Positions 49,553-60,572 of a stretch of DNA of 64,000 nucleotides are shown in pieces. Below the pieces are notes generated by a model that ran no database searches, was not told the DNA's origin, and worked only from the letters and a program-made list of their open reading frames with translations. Source of the DNA: Dudresnaya verticillata (Eukaryota); NCBI GenBank assembly GCA_977862235.1, contig OZ374560.1:1426001-1490000 (forward strand), written 5' to 3'. Each line of letters starts with the position of its first letter. The first letter of the stretch is position 1. A program made the position numbers and the translations under genes.

Positions 49553-52500
49553 TGAAAAGGAATATGGAGAGGTTGAAGTTGAACAAGATGAGAAATGGAA
49601 GTCGCTTGACTTCGTTTACTGCAGTCGACCATCCGACATGGCTTATATCAGCTTTTCGGATGAGTTGCTGCGTGAACACAAACAAAACAAATCATTAAAG
49701 AAACGCCCAAAATCCCTATCATCAAATGGGCGGGAAAAAGTAAAGCAATTAAATCTACCAAATCATACTCTCAGCACACTCACATCCGCCACCAAAATGG
49801 GCGGGAACTTGCACACCAGTGTTGCTAACTGCTGACATCAGCAATCCCTCTTGCGACCGCATTTCCTGCCATCCATATGTACTCCAACTTTGGGCGGGAA
49901 CGTGAAAGTATCGAGTGTCCCCGCATGGCTGCTGTCGGACAACACTGCACACCACGTGGCCGCACTTACCAGCTCAAGTCCGTCCATGAATATCCAACTT
50001 GGATCATTGACCACGTAATCACCCAGATTTGCCTACGTGGCAGCTGTAAACCAACGTATCGGCCGCACGACAGCTACGTGATAACTGTAAACCAACGTGT
50101 CGGCCGCACGACAGCTACGTGCCAACTGTAAACCAACGTGTCGGCCGCACAACAACTGCATCTGCTGATATCACAAGTCAGGCTCCACGTAGCGCAAGTC
50201 CCTGCAGTACCAACTCGGACGCCATCAGCACATTGCATGGCACGTTCATGTGTACTTGTGGAGTACAGTGCGAGTCATACCAACACCATTCCATGCCATA
50301 CCACGTGCATCCATGTGGTCCAATCAGATCGTTCCACTTGGCCGTTCCTGTTATAACCGCCAATTCCAGCACAACACTTGTAAGCCATATAGACCATGGA
50401 GGCGGTTTGTAACAACCAATCAGAAGCCCGTTTCACGTTGCTTTTGCAAAAGGCCTAAATGCGCCGTGATTTTGGAAGCCCGGAAAAAGGGCTGTCGTCT
50501 CCGGAAGGTTTGGTGACAGCGTGCCAGGGTGCCATCTGGGGTGCCTGACCCGTGACGTGAGGCGCCAGAGACCATGTCCTCAACACTCCTCCTCGATGGC
50601 TCCTCCAAGTCCAACCCTTGGTAGAATCCTATTGAGCAAAGTGGGCCCGAGTGGCTTTGTCAGCAAGTCCGCGTCGTTGTCTTCTGACGGCACATACACC
50701 ACTTCCAGAACAGAGTCGGCGACAAGTTCGCGAATGAAGTGAACACGAACGTCGATATGCTTGGCACGACCAGACGGACAGCGTTCTCCAGTAGCCCAAT
50801 TGATGGCAGACTGGTTGTCTGATCTCAATGGAACGGGGCCTTCGACGTTCAAGTCGGCCTCCTTCAGCACTCGCGAGACCCAAACCGTCTCTTTCGCAGC
50901 CAGAGTCATTGCATAGTACTCCGACTCGCAAGTTGAGAGAGCAACAGTTGACTGCTTCTTGGATCCCCAAATACACACTGCATCTCCCAGTTTCACCATG
51001 TAACCAGACATAGATTTTCGGTCTGTGGTGTCACCGGCATAGTCAGCGTCCACATAAGCTTGGATACGAGTGGTTCCGGACTGGTACGTAACTCCATGCT
51101 TGTGAGTGCCTCGGAGATATCGCAGAACCCTCTTTGCACCGCGGTGACAGTACGCAGTTGGAGCCTTCTGGAACCGTGCGAGAATAAGCACAGAGGCCAA
51201 AATGTCCAGCCTTGTGCGAAGCCCCAAGTACAGAAGTGACCCGATCATCTGCTGGTACGTCTCAACCGACACGACGGCCTTGTCCTCTTCGGCGGCAAGT
51301 CCAGTGAAGAAAGACTCAACCATTGGCGTACAAGCCGGCTTAGAGTTCTGAAGTCCAAATCGACGAAGAACACTTTCCGTGTAGACCTGTTGAGTCATCT
51401 TGAGGGACACAAATCTGCCATCAGAGTCTAGCTTCCATCCAAGCTCGACTCCGAGGAAGAGGTCAACCCCTTCAGACAGCCGTAGATCGTAGAGGCCCTG
51501 CAGTTCCTTAACAATGGCGTCTCTCTCCGCCTTTATGGGCGCGAGGATGAGCAAGTCATCAACGTACACCAAGATGTATGCGTATCCAGAAGACTTGGAT
51601 TTGCGACGAAACACGCAAGGTGCACTTGGCAATTCCTCAAACATCATCCTAGCAAGGTCACCACACAGCTTGGTGTGCCAAGCTAGGTGAGCCTGTTTTA
51701 GCCCATACATAGCCTTCAGAAGTTTGTAACAGAGAGATTCCCTTCCAGGAATCCCACGCGGTGACATTACCCACACGTGTTCTGCCAGATCACCATTCAG
51801 GAAAGCCGTCTTCACGTCTAGCTGTGCAACAAACAGGTTCAAACACAGTACCAAGTATAGGAACATGCGCACCAGCGAGAACGACACAACTGGGGCGTAT
51901 GTTTCCATGTAGTCTTCACCATACGTCTGGAAGTTTCCACCAGCGACGACCCGCGCTTTGAAGCGCTCGACCGTCCCGTCGGACTTGCGTTTAACTTTCA
52001 GCACGGCGTGCGTTGGAAGCGGCTGTGCACCGGGACTGTCATCACGGACCCAAGTGCCTTTGGATTCCAAGGATGCGAACTCATCATCAATGGCAGATTG
52101 CCACAACCCGCGCTCCTCCGGAGTGGCAGACATGGCCTCTCGAAGAGTGGGCTCATCTCCCGTTGTGAGGGCAACCTGTTGTTCAGCTTGTGCAGAGCTC
52201 GCCATAAACCATTTCGACGTCTGGCGACGTTGGCGACGAGGATATCGACTCTGTTGCTGGCGTTCTGGATCTGAACTCACACCAGCCGGAGGACTGTCAG
52301 AGACGTTTTCTTCCTCAGCCGTGTCATCAGATTCGAATGAGCTGGGTTCTGATGGAGATAGTGGAGGTGAAGAAGGTGTGTCAACTTCAATCGCATCCTC
52401 TTCATCCTCAAAGTTACCCAGCGACACATCGTCATCAGAGTCCGAGTTGAAAATAGAGGCCTCTGAGTTAGACTCGTAATCTTCATCCGAATCTGCCTCG

Positions 52501-55500
52501 TCCTGCCCATATTCCAACAGGCTTGGAGCACCCGGGAATTTGGACTCGTCGAATGTGACATGCCGCGACTCAACCACACGAGGTATACCGTCACCGCCAG
52601 TGACCAATATCCTGTAGATCCCATGCTCTAGAGTCTCCAAGTGCACCCCCTCAAGTGCACGAGACTCGAACTTGGATCCGCGTGGGAGCCTTAGGACATA
52701 TGCAGCACATCCAAACACTCTTAAATGTTTTAAATCAGGAACATCACCTGTCATGACCGAGTATGGCGTAGCCCCAACGGTTGAGTGTGGTACCCGATTG
52801 CGCACGTAGTTGACATGCTTCAGTGCAAACGGCCACAAACATCCCGGTAGATCAGCCTGGATCAGCAAAGTCAGGGCAGCTTCCACCATGGTTCGGTTCA
52901 CCCTTTCCGCGATTCCATTGAGCTCCGGAGTATAAGGTGGGGAGAAGGATTTGCCACTGTCTCCAACTCCTCCCAAATCTTTCTGCAAAGCCAAATACTC
53001 CTGAGCCCCGTCTGAGTGGAGTTTTGTTATTTCCGCTCCTCCAAGCTCGATAAACTTTGCTGAAGCTTGATCAAATGCTGCACTCAACATACGGCGACTT
53101 CTCATACATGCGACGACGAAGAAACGGGATTTGTCATCCAGAAACGTCGTGGCATACCGGAAACGATCGGGAAAGGAGATCTGGATTGGACCAACAATAT
53201 CGGAATGCACGAGATCACCGACAGCTTTGGCCGGGCGGAAGTGCCCTGGGAATGATTGTTTGTGTGCTTTCCCAAGCCTACAAGCCCGACACACTTCATG
53301 AGTGGAGCCCAACTCCGGAACACCCTCAACATGCTCGTGCACTTTGGCCAAGTCCCGAAAATTAATGTGGGCAAGACGTCGATGCCAGAGCTCAGTAGTT
53401 TGCTGCGTGCTGGGGACAGCCAGTACTTGCTCCTCCGAAGTGTGCGGCTCGGGTTCTGGTAGCATGTACATTCCAGAACTCGCATCGCGAACACCGGATC
53501 CAATATAGTACCCATCAGAGTCGAGTACCAAGCGCACGTCCAAGCGGCGAAAGTGGGATTCAATTCCTTTATCTGCCAAACGCCCAGTAGAGACAAGATT
53601 GTATCCCATCTGCGGGATGAAGAGGGCCTTCTTGAGCCGAATATTAGCATGCTCAAACGGCAGAATCACATCTCCACATAGGTCTGAGGTGACAGACGAC
53701 TTGTCCGCAAGCACTACAGTACGCTTTTCGCAGCGCGATACTGAGCTCGGTACAAAAGAAGTCATTGAGTGGAAGCAATGCACAGTTGCTCCACTGTCGG
53801 CATACGTTCCTTGGTCGTTCGGAGGAACAACAGTAGTCATCTCAACCGATGCACCGGCGATTTCTACCTTTGCAGATTTACCATTGTTCTTACCAGATGC
53901 AGCTACCGCCGAGTTGGCGTTGCCCTTTTTGCCCTGGTTGGTGAACATCTGTCGCACCTTTGGAGGAAGCTTGTTGTTAGGATTTTCCGGATTGAGATAG
54001 CATCGATCCGCGGTGTGTCCATCCTTGTCGCAAACATCACAGTGAAGGTGCCGGTTCGGGGTGGAGTGAGCCTGCTTGGCAGACTTGAGTGCAACCGCCA
54101 ACGCACGGACGGTGGATTCAATATCAGAAGAGTCATCGGAGTCGTCGTTGTCATCCAGCGGGTTGTGTTGCTGGCGAGAACCTGACGACGCGGACTTCTT
54201 TTTCTTCTTCCGACGACTCTTCGACTTACTGGATCTCCCACCTGCGTTTGATCCATGAGAATCTTTGGCGTTGTACTCATCGATCAGCGTGGTTGCGACG
54301 TAGTCCCAAGTCAGCTCAGCAGCATCTTTGGTGCGGAGAGCTGCAGCTGTTGGCTCCAGGTGGCAGGACGGATCAATGGAAGCAAGCAGCATAGGTGCCT
54401 TATGTGTCTCCGGTATCGCCGAGTCGTTGCCCATGCGGTCGAGTTGGGCGAACAGTGACGTGTACTGGTCGACATAGTTGGACATATTCTGACCGGTGTA
54501 CGTCATACGGAATAGCTTGGTCTGTACGGCGATACGGGATACGGTTCGACTGGACGCATAGCGCGAGTCCAATAGCTCCAGCATGCGTTTGGGGTCATCA
54601 TCAACCTCCATAACGACACGAAGGGGAGCATCACCAAGTGCGGAGATAATGATCCCGCAAGCCTTCTCACGTTTGGCCAAGGTTCTGGCGTGAAGAATGG
54701 AAGTATCCGCTGAGGCCTCTCCAGTTGACTGTGAGCTGCTCGGTGTGTCGTTTGAGGTGTGGACAACATTCCAAACCCCTTTGATGCGGCATGCGGCACG
54801 AAGGCGATGACGCCAGAGACTGTAGTCGTCACCTCTCCTGCCGTGGAAACGGGGTATCTTGACCCCGCTCGAAGTATCCATCTCGGCTTCGGTATCAGTC
54901 ATCGCTGTTGGGACTGATGCTGAGAAGAGATAACTTGAATAGTTTTAGAAAACTTGGGGAACTTGGGGCAGTGCTGTTAGTGCAACAGTGTCGATGCCCA
55001 GAGGGTAATAGTCGTGTTAAGCAGAGCAGTGCAGCTCACACAACGAAGACGTGACGACGAAACTGAGAAATGTGTCGAACACGTCGGTAATATAATACAG
55101 TCACAAGCGGAGCACACTTTGCCAAGTAGCTCCCACGCTTGGAGTAATGAAACTCTCAGGTGATGATGGGATCACCTGGACTGAAGAAGAAAAGTTGAAA
55201 CTTGAAGTTGAAAAGTTGATTCTTGATAGTTGAACGTCTTTTTGACGCGGGATGTTCTGGCACCAGGTTCTACCTAGTCACCCCTAGGAGTCGGACTCCT
55301 GGCCCCCGGATATGATTCTCCGGGTGAAATGCGTCTTTCAGCAGCCCTTTCGTGTCGTGCGCACACAGACACGAAGTATGCAATCCTTACGAGACGTCCA
55401 CCTTATGGGTACTAACTCAAAACGAGTGTTCACCACACGAACAGGTCCAGTCTCTTGCAGGAATGGAACTAGGCCCAACCGTGTCAAGGTTCTGGATCTT

Positions 55501-56871
55501 ACTGGAGGCTGCTCCCCTAGGCCAACGAGGTCCTGACTTAACGAGAGTCACCACGCACAACACTCAACCTCTCAGCAAGCTCACGGACCAAGACAACAGC
55601 GGACGAGAGCCTCGAGAACTCTCTCACAAAATCAGAGACACAAGCCGACACAGTGGGATAGGGACCACTTTCAACAAACAACAAGCAGACAGGACAGGAC
55701 ACAAGCCGACAGGACAGGACACAAGCAGACAGGAAAGGCCAGGACGGGACCGGACAGTATCAAGAATGAAAAGAAAAAGGAAGAAGGTTGCAGCGAAGCG
55801 ATGAAGTCTGCGTAGGTCGACCTTCTGGGCCCATAACCTGAAAAGGAATATGGAGAGGTTGAAGTTGAACAAGATGAGAAATGGAAGTCGCTTGACTTCG
55901 TTTACTGCAGTCGACCATCCGACATGGCTTATATCAGCTTTTCGGATGAGTTGCTGCGTGAACACAAACAAAACAAATCATTAAAGAAACGCCCAAAATC
56001 CCTATCATCAAATGGGCGGGAAAAAGTAAAGCAATTAAATCTACCAAATCATACTCTCAGCACACTCACATCCGCCACCAAAATGGGCGGGAACTTGCAC
56101 ACCAGTGTTGCTAACTGCTGACATCAGCAATCCCTCTTGCGACCGCATTTCCTGCCATCCATATGTACTCCAACTTTGGGCGGGAACGTGAAAGTATCGA
56201 GTGTCCCCGCATGGCTGCTGTCGGACAACACTGCACACCACGTGGCCGCACTTACCAGCTCAAGTCCGTCCATGAATATCCAACTTGGATCATTGACCAC
56301 GTAATCACCCAGATTTGCCTACGTGGCAGCTGTAAACCAACGTATCGGCCGCACGACAGCTACGTGATAACTGTAAACCAACGTGTCGGCCGCACGACAG
56401 CTACGTGCCAACTGTAAACCAACGTGTCGGCCGCACAACAACTGCATCTGCTGATATCACAAGTCAGGCTCCACGTAGCGCAAGTCCCTGCAGTACCAAC
56501 TCGGACGCCATCAGCACATTGCATGGCACGTTCATGTGTACTTGTGGAGTACAGTGCGAGTCATACCAACACCATTCCATGCCATACCACGTGCATCCAT
56601 GTGGTCCAATCAGATCGTTCCACTTGGCCGTTCCTGTTATAACCGCCAATTCCAGCACAACACTTGTAAGCCATATAGACCATGGAGGCGGTTTGTAACA
56701 ACCAATCAGAAGCCCGTTTCACGTTGCTTTTGCAAAAGGCCTAAATGCGCCGTGATTTTGGAAGCCCGGAAAAAGGGCTGTCGTCTCCGGAAGGTTTGGT
56801 GACAGCGTGCCAGGGTGCCATCTGGGGTGCCTGACCCGTGACGTGAGGCGCCAGAGACCATGTCCTCAACA
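49553..56871 (-). mobile_element. Family-A element E4: intact full-length Ty1/copia retrotransposon, 7319 bp
   Basis: LTRs 49553-50585 and 55839-56871 (1033 bp each, no differences seen by eye). TSD GTGTG at 49548-49552 and 56872-56876. PBS, PPT and an uninterrupted ORF. Confidence 0.98.
50580..54902 (-). CDS. gag-pol: Copia Gag-Pol polyprotein, 1440 aa (Gag-CCHC, PR, IN, RT, RNase H)
   Basis: CX2CX4HX4C; DSGA; HHCC; IN D-D-E (HSDIVG, HSDGAQEY, GIAER); KARVVAGG, DVKTAF, YGLKQ, YVDD; DADYA, ESEY, DNQ, ADLLTK. The stop codon lies in the 3' LTR (TGT TGA). Confidence 0.98.
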   Translation of the reverse strand: MTDTEAEMDTSSGVKIPRFHGRRGDDYSLWRHRLRAACRIKGVWNVVHTSNDTPSSSQSTGEASADTSILHARTLAKREKACGIIISALGDAPLRVVMEVDDDPKRMLELLDSRYASSRTVSRIAVQTKLFRMTYTGQNMSNYVDQYTSLFAQLDRMGNDSAIPETHKAPMLLASIDPSCHLEPTAAALRTKDAAELTWDYVATTLIDEYNAKDSHGSNAGGRSSKSKSRRKKKKKSASSGSRQQHNPLDDNDDSDDSSDIESTVRALAVALKSAKQAHSTPNRHLHCDVCDKDGHTADRCYLNPENPNNKLPPKVRQMFTNQGKKGNANSAVAASGKNNGKSAKVEIAGASVEMTTVVPPNDQGTYADSGATVHCFHSMTSFVPSSVSRCEKRTVVLADKSSVTSDLCGDVILPFEHANIRLKKALFIPQMGYNLVSTGRLADKGIESHFRRLDVRLVLDSDGYYIGSGVRDASSGMYMLPEPEPHTSEEQVLAVPSTQQTTELWHRRLAHINFRDLAKVHEHVEGVPELGSTHEVCRACRLGKAHKQSFPGHFRPAKAVGDLVHSDIVGPIQISFPDRFRYATTFLDDKSRFFVVACMRSRRMLSAAFDQASAKFIELGGAEITKLHSDGAQEYLALQKDLGGVGDSGKSFSPPYTPELNGIAERVNRTMVEAALTLLIQADLPGCLWPFALKHVNYVRNRVPHSTVGATPYSVMTGDVPDLKHLRVFGCAAYVLRLPRGSKFESRALEGVHLETLEHGIYRILVTGGDGIPRVVESRHVTFDESKFPGAPSLLEYGQDEADSDEDYESNSEASIFNSDSDDDVSLGNFEDEEDAIEVDTPSSPPLSPSEPSSFESDDTAEEENVSDSPPAGVSSDPERQQQSRYPRRQRRQTSKWFMASSAQAEQQVALTTGDEPTLREAMSATPEERGLWQSAIDDEFASLESKGTWVRDDSPGAQPLPTHAVLKVKRKSDGTVERFKARVVAGGNFQTYGEDYMETYAPVVSFSLVRMFLYLVLCLNLFVAQLDVKTAFLNGDLAEHVWVMSPRGIPGRESLCYKLLKAMYGLKQAHLAWHTKLCGDLARMMFEELPSAPCVFRRKSKSSGYAYILVYVDDLLILAPIKAERDAIVKELQGLYDLRLSEGVDLFLGVELGWKLDSDGRFVSLKMTQQVYTESVLRRFGLQNSKPACTPMVESFFTGLAAEEDKAVVSVETYQQMIGSLLYLGLRTRLDILASVLILARFQKAPTAYCHRGAKRVLRYLRGTHKHGVTYQSGTTRIQAYVDADYAGDTTDRKSMSGYMVKLGDAVCIWGSKKQSTVALSTCESEYYAMTLAAKETVWVSRVLKEADLNVEGPVPLRSDNQSAINWATGERCPSGRAKHIDVRVHFIRELVADSVLEVVYVPSEDNDADLLTKPLGPTLLNRILPRVGLGGAIEEEC

Positions 56872-59586
56872 GTGTGTCGGGCTTGTAGGCTTGGGAAAGC
56901 ACACAAACAATCATTCCCAGGGCACTTCCGCCCGGCCAAAGCTGTCGGTGATCTCGTGCATTCCGATATTGTTGGTCCAATCCAGATCTCCTTTCCCGAT
57001 CGTTTCCGGTATGCCACGACGTTTCTGGATGACAAATCCCGTTTCTTCGTCGTCGCATGTATGAGAAGTCGCCGTATGTTGAGTGCAGCATTTGATCAAG
57101 CTTCAGCAAAGTTTATCGAGCTTGGAGGAGCGGAAATAACAAAACTCCACTCAGACGGGGCTCAGGAGTATTTGGCTTTGCAGAAAGATTTGGGAGGAGT
57201 TGGAGACAGTGGCAAATCCTTCTCCCCACCTTATACTCCGGAGCTCAATGGAATCGCGGAAAGGGTGAACCGAACCATGGTGGAAGCTGCCCTGACTTTG
57301 CTGATCCAGGCTGATCTACCGGGATGTTTGTGGCCGTTTGCACTGAAGCATGTCAACTACGTGCGCAATCGGGTACCACACTCAACCGTTGGGGCTACGC
57401 CATACTCGGTCATGACAGGTGATGTTCCTGATTTAAAACATTTAAGAGTGTTTGGATGTGCTGCATATGTCCTAAGGCTCCCACGCGGATCCAAGTTCGA
57501 GTCTCGTGCACTTGAGGGGGTGCACTTGGAGACTCTAGAGCATGGGATCTACAGGATATTGGTCACTGGCGGTGACGGTATACCTCGTGTGGTTGAGTCG
57601 CGGCATGTCACATTCGACGAGTCCAAATTCCCGGGTGCTCCAAGCCTGTTGGAATATGGGCAGGACGAGGCAGATTCGGATGAAGATTACGAGTCTAACT
57701 CAGAGGCCTCTATTTGCAACTCGGACTCTGATGACGATGTGTCGCTGGGTAACTTTGAGGATGAAGAGGATGCGATTGAAGTTGACACACCTTCTTCACC
57801 TCCACTACCTCCATCAGAACCCAGCTCATTCGAATCTGATGACACGGCTGAGGAAGAAAACGTCTCTGACAGTCCTCCGGCTGGTGTGAGTTCAGATCCA
57901 GAACGCCACCAACAGAGTCGATATCCTCGTCGCCAACGTCGCCAGACGTCGAAATGGTTTATGGCGAGCTCTGCACAAGCTGAACAACAGGTTGCCCTCA
58001 CAACGGGAGATGAGCCCACTCTTCGAGAGGCCATGTCTGCCACTCCGGAGGAGCGCGGGTTGTGGCAATCTGCCATTGATGATGAGTTCGCATCCTTGGA
58101 ATCCAAAGGCACTTGGGTCCGTGATGACAGTCCCGGTGCACAGCCGCTTCCAACGCACGCCGTGCTGAAAGTTAAACGCAAGTCCGACGGGACGGTCGAG
58201 CGCTTCAAAGCGCGGGTCGTCGCTGGTGGAAACTTCCAGACGTATGGTGAAGACTACATGGAAACATACGCCCCAGTTGTGTCGTTCTCGCTGGTGCGCA
58301 TGTTCCTATACTTGGTACTGTGTTTGAACCTGTTTGTTGCACAGCTAGACGTGAAGACGGCTTTCCTGAATGGTGATCTGGCAGAACACGTGTGGGTAAT
58401 GTCACCGCGTGGGATTCCTGGAAGGGAATCTCTCTGTTACAAACTTCTGAAGGCTATGTATGGGCTAAAACAGGCTCACCTAGCTTGGCACACCAAGCTG
58501 TGTGGTGACCTTGCTAGGATGATGTTTGAGGAATTGCCAAGTGCACCTTGCGTGTTTCGTCGCAAATCCAAGTCTTCTGGATACGCATACATCTTGGTGT
58601 ACGTTGATGACTTGCTCATCCTCGCGCCCACAAAGGCGGAGAGAGACGCCATTGTTAAGGAGCTGCAGGGCCTCTACGATCTACGGCTGTCTGAAGGGGT
58701 TGACCTCTTCCTCGGAGTCGAGCTTGGATGGAAGCTAGACTCTGATGGCAGATTTGTGTCCCTCAAGATGACTCAACAGGTCTACACGGAAAGTGTTCTT
58801 CGTCGATTTGGACTTCAGAACTCTAAGCCGGCTTGTACGCCGATGGTTGAGTCTTTCTTCACTGGACTTGCCGCCGAAGAGGACAAGGCCGTCGTGTCGG
58901 TTGAGACGTACCAGCAGATGATCGGCTCACTTCTGTACTTGGGGCTTCGCACAAGGCTGGACATTTTGGCCTCTGTGCTTATCCTCGCACGGTTCCAGAA
59001 GGCTCCAACTGCGTACTGTCACCGTGGTGCAAAGAGGGTTCTGCGATATCTTCGAGGCACTCACAAGCATGGAGTTACGTACCAGTCCGGAAGCACTCGT
59101 ATCCAAGCTTATGTGGACGCTGACTATGCCGGTGACACCACAGACCGAAAATCTATGTCTGGTTACATGGTGAAACTGGGAGATGCAGTGTGTATTTGGG
59201 GATCCAAGAAGCAGTCAACTGTTGCTCTCTCAACTTGCGAGTCGGAGTACTATGCAATGACTCTGGCTGCGAAAGAGACGGTTTGGGTCACGCGAGTGCT
59301 GAAGGAGGCCGACTTGAACGTCGAAGGCCCGGTTCCATTGAGATCAGACAACCAGTCTGCCATCAATTGGGCTACTGGAGAACGCTGTCCGTCTGGTCGT
59401 GCCAAGCACATCGACGTTCGTGTACACTTCATTCGCGAACTTGTCGCCGACTCTGTTCTGGAAGTGGTGTATGTGCCGTCAGAAGACAACGACGCGGACT
59501 TGCTGACAAAGCCACTCGGGCCCACTTTGCTCAATAGGATTCTACCAAGGGTTGGACTTGGAGGAGCCATCGAGGAGGAGTGTTGA
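56872..59586 (+). pseudogene. pol: E3 IN-RT-RNase H half, still open
   Basis: Resumes VCRAC... and runs to GGAIEEEC*. PPT GAGGAGGAG at 59572-59580. Confidence 0.93.
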
Positions 59587-60572
59587 GGACATGGTCGCTG
59601 GCGCCTCACGTCACGGGTCAGGCACCCCAGATGGCACCCTGGCACGCTGTCACCAAACCTTCCGGAGACGACAGCCCTTTTTCCGGGCTTCCAAAATCAC
59701 GGCGCATTTAGGCCTTTTGCAAAAGCAACGTGAAACGGGCTTCTGATTGGTTGTTACAAACCGCCTCCATGGTCTATATGGCTTACAAGTGTTGTGCTGG
59801 AATTGGCGGTTATAACAGGAACGGCCAAGTGGAACGATCTGATTGGACCACATGGATGCACGTGGTATGGCATGGAATGGTACTGGTATGACGCGCACTG
59901 TACTCCACAAGTACATATGAACGTGCCATGCAATGTGCTGATGGCGTCTGAGTTGGTACTGCAGGGACTTGCGCTACGTGGAGCCTGGCTTGTGATATCA
60001 GCAGATGCAGTTGTCGTGCGGCCGACACGTTGGTTTACAGTTGCCACGTAGGTGTCGTGCGGCCGACACGTTGGTTTACAGCTGCCACGTAGGCAAATCT
60101 GGGTGATTACGTGGTCAATGATCCAAGTTGGATATTCATGGACGGACTTCAGCTCGTAAGTGCGGCCACGTGGTATGCAGTGTTGTCCGACAGCAGTCAT
60201 GCGGGGACACTCGATACTTTCGAGTTCCCGCCCAAAGTTGGAGTACATATGGATGGCAGGAAATGCGGTCGCAAGAGGGATTGCTGATGTCAGCAGTTAG
60301 CAGCACTGGTGTGCAAGTTCCCGCCCATTTTGGTGGCGGATGTGAGTGTGCTGAGAGTATGATTTGGTAGATTTAATTGCTTTACTTTTTCCCGCCCATT
60401 TGATGATAGGGATTTTGGGCGTTTCTTTAATGATTTGTTTTGTTTGTGTTCACGCAGCAACTCATCCGAAAAGCTGATATAAGCCATGTCGGATGGTCGA
60501 CTGCAGTAAACGAAGTCAAGCGACTTCCATTTCTCATCTTGTTCAACTCCAACCTCTCCATATTCCTTTTCA

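Larger units (their letters stand above)
45971..60572 (+). mobile_element. Family-A element E3 (LTRs 45971-47003 and 59581-60572), inserted into E2, split by E4, probably a recombinant of two copies
   Basis: The 5' half (45971-49552) and 3' half (56872-60572) join exactly across TSD GTGTG. Flanks TCTAC and TGCTG do not match. The LTRs differ by a 41-bp unit and multiple SNPs. Confidence 0.92.
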
